This document shows positions 30,341 through 39,599 of a stretch of DNA of 64,000 nt, one piece after another. Below the pieces are notes generated by a model that was not told the DNA's origin, made no database searches, and was given only the letters and a program-made list of their open reading frames with translations. The position numbers were made by a program, and so were the translations under genes. Location of the stretch: positions 14,231-78,230 of the forward strand of contig CAWDEY010000002.1 of NCBI GenBank assembly GCA_963801505.1. Reading direction: 5' to 3'. Origin of the DNA: an uncultured Nitrospira sp. (GTDB taxonomy: Bacteria > Nitrospirota > Thermodesulfovibrionia > Thermodesulfovibrionales > UBA6898). The first letter of the stretch is position 1, and each line of letters starts with the position of its first letter.

Positions 30341-30950
30341 ACTTGAGGACTATTGCTTCCAGAACATTAGCCACATCTTCACACCGGTCCGAGGCATCTT
30401 CAAGATGCTCATAGATTTCTTTCCATTTGATGATGAGGACAGGGTCTTTGACCTCGTCAAAGAGCTTGCCGAGCGCATCCCTGAAATCTCTGTCGATCAT
30501 GTTTTCGAGCCGGTTTATCTCGATACAGTAGTCCTGGACATGACTGTAATTCTTTTCCTTGAGATTTGTTATGGCCTTCTGCATGACCTCTGTTGTCAGG
30601 AGAAGATCTTTTGACATTGATATTGCCTCTTTTGTAGTTTCCCTGATCTTGAAGACCAGCAGCCTGTCAACAGCCCCCCAGATAAGATCAAGGACATCGT
30701 CCAAACTTGCTGCGAGAGAATGCAAATCTTCCCGGTCAATAGGAGTAATAAAGGTCTTATTAAGGTTCTTCATTATCTCATGCGTAAGGATATCACCTTC
30801 CTGCTCCACTTCGTATATCTCTTTTGCCCTGGCCTCAATATTGTCAAATTTTTCCATAAGGTCTACCAGGAGAGAGGCGGCCTTGGTGACATTGACCGAC
30901 GCCCTGTCGAAAATCTCAAAAAAATCTATTTCTTTTGGAAAAAATTTCAT
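30333..30950 (-). CDS. DUF47 / PhoU-like phosphate transport regulator (PiT-associated)
   Basis: 205 aa, all-helical; overlaps the start of the PiT gene, as in the common DUF47-PiT pairs. Confidence 0.8.
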   Translation of the reverse strand: MKFFPKEIDFFEIFDRASVNVTKAASLLVDLMEKFDNIEARAKEIYEVEQEGDILTHEIMKNLNKTFITPIDREDLHSLAASLDDVLDLIWGAVDRLLVFKIRETTKEAISMSKDLLLTTEVMQKAITNLKEKNYSHVQDYCIEINRLENMIDRDFRDALGKLFDEVKDPVLIIKWKEIYEHLEDASDRCEDVANVLEAIVLKYA

Positions 30951-31026
30951 AATAATTTACTACGGATAGAATATAAGAAATGATAAATGATGTCAAATAT
31001 TCGAAAAGAAATTGACCCCAAATCCC

Positions 31027-32103
31027 TTATTCTGCAAGTTTTTTTATATCTTCTGGTCCAATCCTGCTATGAATTATTACTGATCCGATTTTTTCAGGAA
31101 GTACAAAATGCATATTCCCTCCAACCGTCTTTTTATCTATCTGCATCTTTCCGATAAGATCATTTATTTTGATCCCATCGGGCATTTCCGAGGGCAGTTC
31201 ATAAGAGTCTATAAGGGCCTTTATTTTCGCAACAGCTTTATCTTCGATAAGACCGAGCTGATGCGACAGCCTTGCCTCCATATTCATACCAATAGCAACA
31301 GCTTCTCCATGCAGATATTTTTTATAACAGGTAAGGGTCTCTATGGCATGTCCGATTGTATGGCCGTAATTTAATATCGCCCTGAGGCCGGATTCCCGCT
31401 CATCCTTTGAAACGACCTCTGATTTTATTTCACAAGAGCGCCTTATGATGTGTGTCAGCGCCTCTTTATCGAGACTCAGGATTTTATCTCTGTTACATTC
31501 CAGATACGCAAAGAAATCTTCGTCCCATATTACTCCGTACTTTATGACCTCCCCAAGTCCTGAGAGAAATTCTCTGCGAGGCAAAGATTCCAGAGTCGCT
31601 GTATCTATCCAAACGAGTCTCGGTTGCCAGAAGGCCCCGATCATATTTTTCCCAAGAGGATGATTGACACCTGTTTTACCGCCTACTGAGCTGTCTACCT
31701 GAGCAAGAAGCGTCGTAGGTATCTGGATAAAGTCAATCCCCCTCATATAAGTAGAGGCTGCAAAACCCGTGATATCTCCTATGACCCCGCCACCGAGCGC
31801 AATGAGTGCTGATTTTCTGTCCAGCTTTGCCTTTAACAACAATTCATAAATCTTTTCCGTGGAAGCCAGACTCTTATATTCTTCTCCATCAGGGAGGAGT
31901 ACTTCTATGAGCTCATGGCCCGAAGCCCTCAGGGATTCCAAAACTGTTTTGCCATAAAGGTCATATACGGTGGGATTGCTTATCAAGGCAAGTTTATTAC
32001 TGAACCCGAACTTTCGGATTGTACTGCCGATATCTTTCAGTACTCCATTGCCGATCATTATGTTATAGCTTCTCTCACCCAGCTCCACCCTTATTTTCTG
32101 CAT
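31027..32103 (-). CDS. aroB: 3-dehydroquinate synthase
   Basis: GGGVIGDITGFAASTYMRGI, QIPTTLLAQVDSSVGGKTG, HGEAVAIGM. Confidence 0.93.
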   Translation of the reverse strand: MQKIRVELGERSYNIMIGNGVLKDIGSTIRKFGFSNKLALISNPTVYDLYGKTVLESLRASGHELIEVLLPDGEEYKSLASTEKIYELLLKAKLDRKSALIALGGGVIGDITGFAASTYMRGIDFIQIPTTLLAQVDSSVGGKTGVNHPLGKNMIGAFWQPRLVWIDTATLESLPRREFLSGLGEVIKYGVIWDEDFFAYLECNRDKILSLDKEALTHIIRRSCEIKSEVVSKDERESGLRAILNYGHTIGHAIETLTCYKKYLHGEAVAIGMNMEARLSHQLGLIEDKAVAKIKALIDSYELPSEMPDGIKINDLIGKMQIDKKTVGGNMHFVLPEKIGSVIIHSRIGPEDIKKLAE

Positions 32104-32651
32104 CTTATTATCCCCACAATTTCCTGTACTATCACTAAAGGGCTTTTGCAGTCAGTCTCTATAATGATGCCTGCCTTTTCATAAAAAGGTCTCCTGAAGG
32201 AAAGCATTTCGCTGATTGTTTTCTTTGGGTTTTCAACCTTCAGCAAAGGCCTGTCTTCACTTCTGGCCGTGCGCTCCATTATTGTTTCAGTACTTGCGTT
32301 AAGACAAAAAATGGTCCCGTTTTCTCTCAGAGCCTCCATATTTTCATCCCTTAAAACAGTCCCGCCGCCTGTTGAGATAATAATATTCTTTTCCCTGGAG
32401 AGTTTCTTTATCATATCAGTCTCGATGTCCCTGAAATACTGTTCTCCGTATATTCTGAAAATATCGTTTATCTTCATCTTCTGTGCCTTCTCTATCTCCG
32501 CGTCAATATCCACAAGCTTCATTTGAAGCACTTTAGAAAGCTCTTTCCCGATCGTTGTCTTGCCTGTCCCCATAAAACCTGTTAGAACAATATTTTTCAA
32601 TTGAACCTCATGCTTTCTTATTAAGGGTCTCATAAATGAATAGACATGCAT
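32091..32651 (-). CDS. aroK: shikimate kinase
   Basis: P-loop GFMGTGKTTIGK, STGGG; about 170-aa core; overlaps the aroB start. Confidence 0.9.
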   Translation of the reverse strand: MHVYSFMRPLIRKHEVQLKNIVLTGFMGTGKTTIGKELSKVLQMKLVDIDAEIEKAQKMKINDIFRIYGEQYFRDIETDMIKKLSREKNIIISTGGGTVLRDENMEALRENGTIFCLNASTETIMERTARSEDRPLLKVENPKKTISEMLSFRRPFYEKAGIIIETDCKSPLVIVQEIVGIIRCRK

Positions 32652-32655
32652 TAGA

Positions 32656-32731
32656 AAATCTCCCCTCTCCCCTCTTTGCCAAAGAGGGGATTGTCCCTCC
32701 CTTTGGAAAAGGGAGGTCAGGAGGGATTCTC
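32656..32731. repeat. double GC-hairpin repeat, family D copy 1
   Basis: CCCCTCTTTGCCAAAGAGGGG and TCCCTCCCTTTGGAAAAGGGAGG hairpins; matches 45289-45385. Confidence 0.8.
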
Positions 32732-32782
32732 AAAATAATGCCATTACTATTTCAAGACCGTTTATATGTACTTAAGTTGAAA

Positions 32783-34015
32783 TTAAAATGTATTTATATA
32801 AGACATGTACGAATTATAATTCCGCAAAATCTCTTCTCTGCTGTCGCCACCGAATTTTTCAAGAAACGCATCCGCTACAACCAGGGCGGTCATGGCCTCA
32901 GCAATAACAGCTGCCGCAGGAACTGCGCATACATCTGAACGCTCATAGGCGGCAGAAGATGGCTTTTTTGTGTGTATATCCACAGACATGAGCGGTTTCC
33001 TGAGCGTAGGTATGGGTTTCATGGCAGCCCTGACAACGAGGGGCATGCCGTTTGATATCCCCCCTTCTATCCCACCGGCATTGTTGGTCCTTCGGGAAAA
33101 ACCTCTGTCAGAATATGCATAGGCTGAATTCCGAACTCCTTTTTTCGCAGGCTGTTTTGAGTAAATTACCTCATCCATGACATCTGAACCAAAATTTTTC
33201 GCCATTTCGAATCCAAGACCGATTTCAACGCCCTTTATCGCCTGTATGCTCATTATTGCCTGAGCAATCCGCCCGTCGAGTTTCCTGTCCCACTGCACAT
33301 GACTGCCGAGGCCCACAGGGAGCCCTGTTGCAAAAACCTCAAAGGTCCCGCCCAGTGAATTACCTTCTTTTGCCGCCTGATCGATTAACTTCACCATCTT
33401 ATTTGAGATTTTTGGGTCCGGACAACGCACAGGAGAGTCCTCGGCATTTTCGAAAGCAGACCATAATTCCCTTTCCGATTTCATCGTTTCGATTTTTGAT
33501 TGCTGAGTGGAAACTGTGCCGATCCGGACAACATAACTTCCGATCCTGATATCAAACACAGACAACATCTCCTTTGCAACAGCCCCAAGTGCTACCCTGA
33601 CTGCTGTTTCTCTTGCGCTTGAACGCTCAAGGATATTTCTGATGTCTTTATGGTTATACTTCAAAACTCCCGCCAGGTCCGCGTGTCCTGGTCGGGGTCT
33701 GGTGACCGGAGGGAGAGAACCATCATACTCGGCATCCACAGACATGGCTTGTTGCCAATTTTTCCAGTCCTTATTTTCTATGAGAATACTGACAGGAGAG
33801 CCCAGGGTCTTTCCCCACCTGACACCGGAGAGAATTTCCGCGTGGTCTGACTCTATCTTCATCCTCCCGCCGCGGCCATGGCCACCCTGACGTCTCCTTA
33901 GTTCCCTGTCTATGTCTTCTGACGTAATGGAAAAACCGGAAGGAATGCCCTCCAGTATCCCTGTCAGTGCCCTGCCGTGAGATTCACCGGATGTAAAAAA
34001 TCTCAGATATGCCAT
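32783..34015 (-). CDS. aroC: chorismate synthase
   Basis: FTSGESHG, RRQGGHGRGGRM, SSARETA motifs. Confidence 0.94.
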   Translation of the reverse strand: MAYLRFFTSGESHGRALTGILEGIPSGFSITSEDIDRELRRRQGGHGRGGRMKIESDHAEILSGVRWGKTLGSPVSILIENKDWKNWQQAMSVDAEYDGSLPPVTRPRPGHADLAGVLKYNHKDIRNILERSSARETAVRVALGAVAKEMLSVFDIRIGSYVVRIGTVSTQQSKIETMKSERELWSAFENAEDSPVRCPDPKISNKMVKLIDQAAKEGNSLGGTFEVFATGLPVGLGSHVQWDRKLDGRIAQAIMSIQAIKGVEIGLGFEMAKNFGSDVMDEVIYSKQPAKKGVRNSAYAYSDRGFSRRTNNAGGIEGGISNGMPLVVRAAMKPIPTLRKPLMSVDIHTKKPSSAAYERSDVCAVPAAAVIAEAMTALVVADAFLEKFGGDSREEILRNYNSYMSYINTF

Positions 34016-34154
34016 TTCCTCTACTTATGCCTCTCTTTCCGGGTAACCGCTTTTTTCATGTCACTATGTTATTAAAATCAAGGAAGGAAAGTAAAGAGAA
34101 GCGCTACGGCATAAGTGATATGATAATAGTACAGCCATCAGTTTTCATCAGAAA

Positions 34155-34264
34155 TCATTGTAGCTACTCAGGTAGATAGTCTGTAGGTGTGGACAGAAAG
34201 CCTTGATTCGTTCGTTGCGTGGTCCTAACAGACTACAGTCTAAACAACCTGTGCAGTTACAATT
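34155..34264. repeat. dispersed inverted-repeat element, family C copy 2
   Basis: Reverse-orientation homologue of 27281-27400; abuts the gspN stop codon. Confidence 0.8.
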
Positions 34265-35006
34265 CAAGCGGCATTTTATATTGCCCTGGCGAGACCTTGT
34301 AACGTTCAAGCGGCATGAGCATAAAATCGTTCCAGTCATTGGGGAAAAGCTCCAGCGTGAGATGTCTCTGCCCGTTGACGATCTCACCAGAGAGCCTTGC
34401 GTATCCTTTACTTCCCTCAAAGGCAAGCGACTTGACTATTATCCTGGCCCCATCGACAGATATGCCGCCTTTGCCCTTCTCAAAAATGTCCGTCGGCAAC
34501 TCGAAGCCGGACACGGAAAGCCTTTTCCAGTTTATCTCGTCAGCCCTGACCTCGATATCTGCTTTTCTGCCTGACACTATAACTCTTCCGGAAACAGGCG
34601 CAGAGAAAGATACATTTGCCGAAGAGACAAACACAGCTGTATCAAATGGAACGTCCGTAAAGCTTACTTCTCCTTTAAGACTGCCGTCAAAGCCGGCACT
34701 GAGCGCGGCCGTTATCTCTTTTGAATGTATGTCTATACCTATCCGTCCGAGAAATAGCGGAAGAAGGCGAACGTCAAGTCTCACCTCATCCAGGACCAGC
34801 AGCTTTACAGCGTCATTTCCGGCAAGAACAGCATTAGTAAAACGGTATCCTGTCACAAAATTGCCATCTGCCTGCCCGGCACTCAATACCACTGCCTGCT
34901 GAGCATCGTTTATTTTCGAGATGAGCTGCTCCGGAGTGAGGAAAAAAAAGAGCGTAAGAAAGACCGACAGTATTGCACTCGCAAGAACAATTATGATTTT
35001 TCTCAT
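34257..35006 (-). CDS. gspN: type II secretion system protein N-like
   Basis: N-terminal TM anchor, about 250 aa, last gene of the gsp cluster after gspM; assignment is by position and architecture only. Confidence 0.5.
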   Translation of the reverse strand: MRKIIIVLASAILSVFLTLFFFLTPEQLISKINDAQQAVVLSAGQADGNFVTGYRFTNAVLAGNDAVKLLVLDEVRLDVRLLPLFLGRIGIDIHSKEITAALSAGFDGSLKGEVSFTDVPFDTAVFVSSANVSFSAPVSGRVIVSGRKADIEVRADEINWKRLSVSGFELPTDIFEKGKGGISVDGARIIVKSLAFEGSKGYARLSGEIVNGQRHLTLELFPNDWNDFMLMPLERYKVSPGQYKMPLEL

Positions 35007-35033
35007 ATCAAAAAATGCATAAACCTAGAGAAA

Positions 35034-35199
35034 GCAATTAACCACAGAGACACGGAGGCACAGAGTTTAAAAGCAAGAGAAAAGGCCTGAAAGAATCCTT
35101 CTCCCCGACGAAGAAACAAAATTATTCGACAACCCTCTGTTTCCTCAGTGTCTCTGTGCCTCTGTGGTAAATGAACTGTAGTTTTTAGGATGCACAAAA
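35034..35199. mobile_element. MITE-like element, family A copy 2, between gspM and gspN
   Basis: TTAACCACAGAGACACGGAGGCACAGAG ... CTCAGTGTCTCTGTGCCTCTGTGGTAAATGAACTGTAGTTTTTAGG; core homologous to 9103-9272. Confidence 0.8.
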
Positions 35200-35214
35200 T
35201 CTGCATTTTTTGGG

Positions 35215-35709
35215 TCATGTAATATGAGAAACGAGAAGGCTTATATTAAGGAGGCCCGGGTTTTCAAAACTGACTGTCATGGAACACTTTCTGACCTTCA
35301 TCAAAACTCCTGTATTGGATATCCGGTATATAAAGTTGACTGCCGTATTTATGTCTACTCCCTCGATCTTGAGCTCATAGTCGTCTGCCCTGAACCGGCC
35401 GTCCTCCCTGTGCGTAATAAAGTTTATTTTTTTCAGGCCCTTTGAGAGCCCGAATTCTGCCGCGGTCTTTTCGACCTCGGAGACAAAGTTCCTGTTCTTG
35501 CCCTCCACTGCCCTTGATTTGAACGCCTTTGTCTCTTCCGACATGGAAATAAGCGCGGCCCTGTTGCCGCTCATCTCGGCATAGACGGTCTCCATAAGAA
35601 GAAGCCTTTTTTGGGCATTGTTTACGGCTCCCTGAAGGACAACAACTGCAACAAACAACGCTGCAATAATTCCGGCAAAAACAAACAGTTTTTTCTTTTC
35701 CTTATTCAT
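35215..35709 (-). CDS. gspM: type II secretion system protein M-like
   Basis: 164 aa, single N-terminal TM helix, follows gspL with overlapping stop/start. Confidence 0.55.
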   Translation of the reverse strand: MNKEKKKLFVFAGIIAALFVAVVVLQGAVNNAQKRLLLMETVYAEMSGNRAALISMSEETKAFKSRAVEGKNRNFVSEVEKTAAEFGLSKGLKKINFITHREDGRFRADDYELKIEGVDINTAVNFIYRISNTGVLMKVRKCSMTVSFENPGLLNISLLVSHIT

Positions 35710-36673
35710 TTACAGTGACCTCTATCGCAAATCCTGATTTGCCGTCCGGCATGTTTTTTGTCTCAAGGATCTGAACATCGCCGAAACTTTTCTTCAGATT
35801 GTCTCTGAACTGCTCCACTGCAGCGTAGCCTGCCCCTTCGCCCTTCAGGGTGGCCCTGTTTCCATCCATATTGATCTCTTTCACCCTGATACCTTCACGG
35901 GAACTCTCCGAAACCGACTTCAGGATACCGAGGACCTCTATGCCTTTGAAAACCCCGTAATTTTGTTTTAGTTCGACCAGTTTAGACTGGACTCCGTAAT
36001 AAAGGTCCTGCGGCATCTTCTGACCCGGGAACAGGCTGGCGTAAACCGCTGATACCTCTTTTTTCATCCCGGCTTCTTTCTTTAAAATAAGGTAGTATCT
36101 TAAAGACAGACCCAACACAAAGACCAGCAAAACAGCGCTTGCGTATATGAAGGCCGTCCGGTAAACGTCCATGGCCTTTCTTTTTTTCTTTTCTCCAGTG
36201 AGGCCTGAAGGGACAAGGTCAAGCGCTGTTTTGTAAAATGCTCCTTCATCCAAGCCATATTCCGAAAGCCTGTCATCCCATGCCGGAGAGAGCGAGACTA
36301 TGTTTAATCCAGCCTTTACAAAAGGGGCCACATATTTTTGGGCCGTCTCCTTTTTCAATACAAAGACAAGACATTCCGTTCCTTTTTCAGCAGGACTTAG
36401 GGGATAGAAATCAAAGACAAGGTCTGAAGAGGGACTAAGGAACAGGCCTTCCATCTCAAAGGGAAGTATCTCCTTCATCTTATCTCTGTCTAAATCAGGC
36501 AGGACGGTCTTTCTAACCGAAAAAGCATCAAAGCCGATATAGAGCCTTAGTGCCCTGTTTTTCTCAAGCACCTTAAGGAGGTCTTCGATCTTTTCCACTG
36601 CGGGAGAGGAGCTTTTGTTCTCCTCATCGTAAACCCGGAACCTTCCATTTTCCTCATAGAGACATAAGGCCAT
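35702..36673 (-). CDS. gspL: type II secretion system protein L-like
   Basis: Cytoplasmic actin-like N-domain, central TM (AFIYASAVLLVFVLGLSL), periplasmic C-domain; positioned between gspK and gspM. Confidence 0.55.
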   Translation of the reverse strand: MALCLYEENGRFRVYDEENKSSSPAVEKIEDLLKVLEKNRALRLYIGFDAFSVRKTVLPDLDRDKMKEILPFEMEGLFLSPSSDLVFDFYPLSPAEKGTECLVFVLKKETAQKYVAPFVKAGLNIVSLSPAWDDRLSEYGLDEGAFYKTALDLVPSGLTGEKKKRKAMDVYRTAFIYASAVLLVFVLGLSLRYYLILKKEAGMKKEVSAVYASLFPGQKMPQDLYYGVQSKLVELKQNYGVFKGIEVLGILKSVSESSREGIRVKEINMDGNRATLKGEGAGYAAVEQFRDNLKKSFGDVQILETKNMPDGKSGFAIEVTVNE

Positions 36674-37533
36674 TATCTTTCCCTCCAGTATTTTGTCGCT
36701 ACACCATTGCTCAGGTCAAAACCTGCCTCCGCAGTCTCTACCAAATCATTGCGCTCTGCATTTATTGTCACGTTGAAGCTGTTACTCTCAAACTTGATGT
36801 CTTCAGATATAGCAACACCGATCTTTTCCATCCCCGGCACATTTACCACGTCCACCACTTTTTCAAAGGGTTTTCCTTCCCTCACTTCTACGACTCTTTT
36901 TGCCAGTGTTTCAGATATGTCAGGGTGAAGGGCCATTAAAAGCGGCAGTTCCACCGTATTTATATTTACCTTTCCATCGCCAAAGACAGTAAGATAAGGG
37001 ATGACCGTCTTCATAACATCCTCAGGGAAAATATAGCCCAATTCAGACAAAGAATAAAGAGCGTGGTTCTTGGCCTTGTCCTCCCCCCCCGGCACCCTTG
37101 GAATTTTGTCTGCATCAATAAAGTCCACAAGCCTGTCGGCATATTCTTCGTTTATCTTGAGTTCCCTGAGCAGCCTTCTGAAAATATTATAGCTGGCATC
37201 ACTCTTAACCGGATTAATTGCACCAAGCAAATTCACATTGAATTTACTGTTATTGTCTTCCAGCATGAGCCCCACTGTCGTGTCCTCGATCTTCTCTTCA
37301 AAAGAGATCTCCCTCTGGGCACTGGGGCCAAGCTGCGATAATAGATAGGGTACTTTTTCTGTAGTAAGCAGGTATGCCGACTTCAGCAAAAGGGACATCC
37401 TTTCTGACTCATTAAAGTTATTGGCCGTACTTACATAGCCATAAACAGTCCCGGCGAACTGAATCACCGCAGCCGTCGTGACTGCAAGTATCAGAAGTAC
37501 GATAACCAGGACATAGCCTTTATTGTAAAGCAT
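36673..37533 (-). CDS. gspK: type II secretion system minor pseudopilin K-like
   Basis: N-terminal hydrophobic GYVLVIVLLILAVTTAAV without the conserved Glu5; about 286 aa; cluster position. Confidence 0.6.
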   Translation of the reverse strand: MLYNKGYVLVIVLLILAVTTAAVIQFAGTVYGYVSTANNFNESERMSLLLKSAYLLTTEKVPYLLSQLGPSAQREISFEEKIEDTTVGLMLEDNNSKFNVNLLGAINPVKSDASYNIFRRLLRELKINEEYADRLVDFIDADKIPRVPGGEDKAKNHALYSLSELGYIFPEDVMKTVIPYLTVFGDGKVNINTVELPLLMALHPDISETLAKRVVEVREGKPFEKVVDVVNVPGMEKIGVAISEDIKFESNSFNVTINAERNDLVETAEAGFDLSNGVATKYWRER

Positions 37534-38113
37534 CGTTGAGCATAAGGGAGCATATCTGGGAAAATTCTTCGCCCCCTTTGCCTCCTTTCAGAAAAAGCGA
37601 TATCTTCACGTCTTTAGGGACCTTTTTAAGCTTCGTAGAATCATATACCTTATCATAACCTTCGTCCAGCACCTGTGCTCTGAAGCCATCTACATCTTTG
37701 AGCACGGTTATCTTTACTGGTTTGCCGCCCCTTATAACATCTGAGATCGTCTTTACAAGGTTAAGCCTGTTGTCTTTATCTTCCTCCACAGCATAACTTA
37801 TGACCTTTACCCCATCCCTGAAGAAGCACGTAAAGGTGAGCCGCGAAGCAGGCTTGCCATAAAAGTCCTTCTCCTCTATCTTAAGGCCTGTATAGTCCGT
37901 GTCCCTGGAATAGTATATACTCTCAACCTCTTTTCTGACCATGCTTAACAGGTTGAAGGCCTTCTCCTTCTCCCGCATCTTTTCATATACATTGGCAGTG
38001 CCTTTTTTTACAGTAAAAAGAAGCGTGTAAGCCGACCCTATCACCACTGCGGCTATTGCAAGGGCCACGAGTATCTCAATAAGCGTGAAACCGTTTCTGT
38101 TGCCGGGCCCCAT
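37520..38113 (-). CDS. gspJ: type II secretion minor pseudopilin (GspJ-like)
   Basis: Prepilin motif G-FTLIEILVALAIAAVV; 197 aa; cluster position. Confidence 0.6.
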   Translation of the reverse strand: MGPGNRNGFTLIEILVALAIAAVVIGSAYTLLFTVKKGTANVYEKMREKEKAFNLLSMVRKEVESIYYSRDTDYTGLKIEEKDFYGKPASRLTFTCFFRDGVKVISYAVEEDKDNRLNLVKTISDVIRGGKPVKITVLKDVDGFRAQVLDEGYDKVYDSTKLKKVPKDVKISLFLKGGKGGEEFSQICSLMLNDALQ

Positions 38114-38114
38114 T

Positions 38115-38498
38115 TCATTTCCTCATGTATTGAAGGAGTATTGCTTCATCCTTGCCTGAGCCGGCCCTTGAGGTCACCTTCTTCATATGATATTCCATGT
38201 CTTCCGTCTTTATCTCGTAATCTATTCCGTTTTTTGTGCCTTTAAGTTCTATAAGTTTACCGGTCCTGTAAAGGTAGAGGTCCTCCTTTGCCTGCAACAC
38301 CAGTTTGAGGCTGTCCTTCTTCCTGTCAAAAATATCGATATGGTATGAAAACGAAGTGAGCACCAGCAGGAATACCCCGCTTACAATAGCAAGCGCCACA
38401 AGGACCTCAATAAGGGTAAAGCCTCTGTGGGGCTCGGGGATTGGGGATTGGGGATTTGCACCGCATGAACTATGCGCCATTAACTTCTTGTTACTCAT
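38115..38498 (-). CDS. gspI: type II secretion minor pseudopilin (GspI-like) with repeat-expanded leader
   Basis: [17 protein letters not shown]; 127 aa; the leader contains ANPQSPIPEP, encoded by an AATCCCC heptamer array. Confidence 0.6.
   Translation of the reverse strand: MSNKKLMAHSSCGANPQSPIPEPHRGFTLIEVLVALAIVSGVFLLVLTSFSYHIDIFDRKKDSLKLVLQAKEDLYLYRTGKLIELKGTKNGIDYEIKTEDMEYHMKKVTSRAGSGKDEAILLQYMRK
38429..38456 (-). repeat. heptamer array (GGGGCTC GGGGATT x3 on the plus strand) in the gspI leader
   Basis: Four contiguous 7-nt units read directly from the sequence. Confidence 0.85.
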
Positions 38499-38964
38499 CG
38501 AACTTCCTTTTCCCTTCTTCTATTTCCACTTCTCCCGAGAGGTTATTAAGTATGATAGTTGTATCTTTGCCGTTTTTTGTCAGATAAAGCGCAATGAGTT
38601 CTTCCTGCACCGATGGTGAAAAGGCAACTGTTACCTCACCTTCTTTTATTGTGCCGCGGGAGGGGATGAAGATCTCCCATGTCTCGTCCTCTTTCATATC
38701 AATAATCCTGGACTTGTCTTTCGGCATACCCTTTGCGCCCTTGATCCTGAACTGGCGTTCCTTAAAATCAACAGTAAAGAGTATCTCTTTCTTGGTAGCA
38801 ATGGCCTCTTCCCTCAGGTTCTTAAGTGTAGTTGCTACAGTGACTTTATCGTCTTTTGCTATCTCACTCCAGACGTTTGGGAAAGCAATGAAAGCAACGG
38901 TTGTAATTATAAACAGGACAACAAGCAATTCTAGGAGGGTAAAGCCTCTCATACGAAATCGCAT
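38491..38964 (-). CDS. gspH: type II secretion minor pseudopilin (GspH-like)
   Basis: MRFRMRG-FTLLELLVVLFIIT prepilin motif; 157 aa; follows gspG. Confidence 0.6.
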   Translation of the reverse strand: MRFRMRGFTLLELLVVLFIITTVAFIAFPNVWSEIAKDDKVTVATTLKNLREEAIATKKEILFTVDFKERQFRIKGAKGMPKDKSRIIDMKEDETWEIFIPSRGTIKEGEVTVAFSPSVQEELIALYLTKNGKDTTIILNNLSGEVEIEEGKRKFDE

Positions 38965-39073
38965 TCAAACGCTACCTGAGTTGGCTTCGTCGTCAGCTCC
39001 TCAACATACCCAACAGTATGCCTGCGTCGCTTCCTCCTCGCAGCCTTATTATCATTTTGAATGCAAGTCCGTA

Positions 39074-39589
39074 TCACTCCAACTCCCAGCTCTTTATGTC
39101 GGCGTCCTTGCCTTCTCCTTCCGGCTTTCCGTCTGCCCCATAGGAGATGATGTCAAAGTCGCCGTGTGTTCCAGGAGATATATAAATAAATGGATTTCCC
39201 CAGGAGTCCTTTGGTATTTTAGTCTTCTCCAGGTAACCGTCTTCTTTGTATTTTTTCGGTATTGGTTCTGTCTCCGGCTTTTTAACAAGGGCCTCGAGCC
39301 CCTGATCTGTCGTTGGATATAAACCGTTATCGAGCTTGTAGAGCTTCAGGGCTGTTTCAAGGTTCTTCATCTGCAGCTTTGACTCTGCTATTTTGGCATC
39401 GTCAGTACGACCAAGCATCTTCGGCGCCACCAGAGCGGCGAGTATGCCAAGAATGAATACCACGACAAGCACCTCAATAAGAGTAAAGCCCTTTGGGGAT
39501 TGGGGGTCAGGAATTGGGGGTTGGGGTCCGAAAAAACTCTCAACTCTCAACTCTAAACCCTCAACTTTCTGCAAACTGTTTATCCTCAT
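39074..39589 (-). CDS. gspG: type II secretion major pseudopilin GspG with repeat-expanded leader
   Basis: [25 protein letters not shown]...[20 protein letters not shown]...WGNPFIY is a classic GspG core; it is preceded by a 33-residue leader. Confidence 0.88.
   Translation of the reverse strand: MRINSLQKVEGLELRVESFFGPQPPIPDPQSPKGFTLIEVLVVVFILGILAALVAPKMLGRTDDAKIAESKLQMKNLETALKLYKLDNGLYPTTDQGLEALVKKPETEPIPKKYKEDGYLEKTKIPKDSWGNPFIYISPGTHGDFDIISYGADGKPEGEGKDADIKSWELE
39495..39570 (-). repeat. bipartite heptamer-array element in the gspG leader
   Basis: Plus strand: GGGGATT GGGGGTC AGGAATT GGGGGTT GGGGTCC, spacer GAAAAA, then ACTCTCA ACTCTCA ACTCTAA ACCCTCA ACTTTCT. Confidence 0.85.
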
Positions 39590-39599
39590 ATTCTTCTCC

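Noticed and set aside
38594-39322. 242-aa plus-strand ORF across gspH-gspG
   Set aside because: It is antisense to two well-supported pseudopilin genes and crosses their intergenic gap. No family features were seen.
38429-39570. Heptamer arrays considered as a possible CRISPR array
   Set aside because: The units are 7 nt and directly contiguous, with no spacers. Arrays have only 3-5 units and lie inside ORFs.
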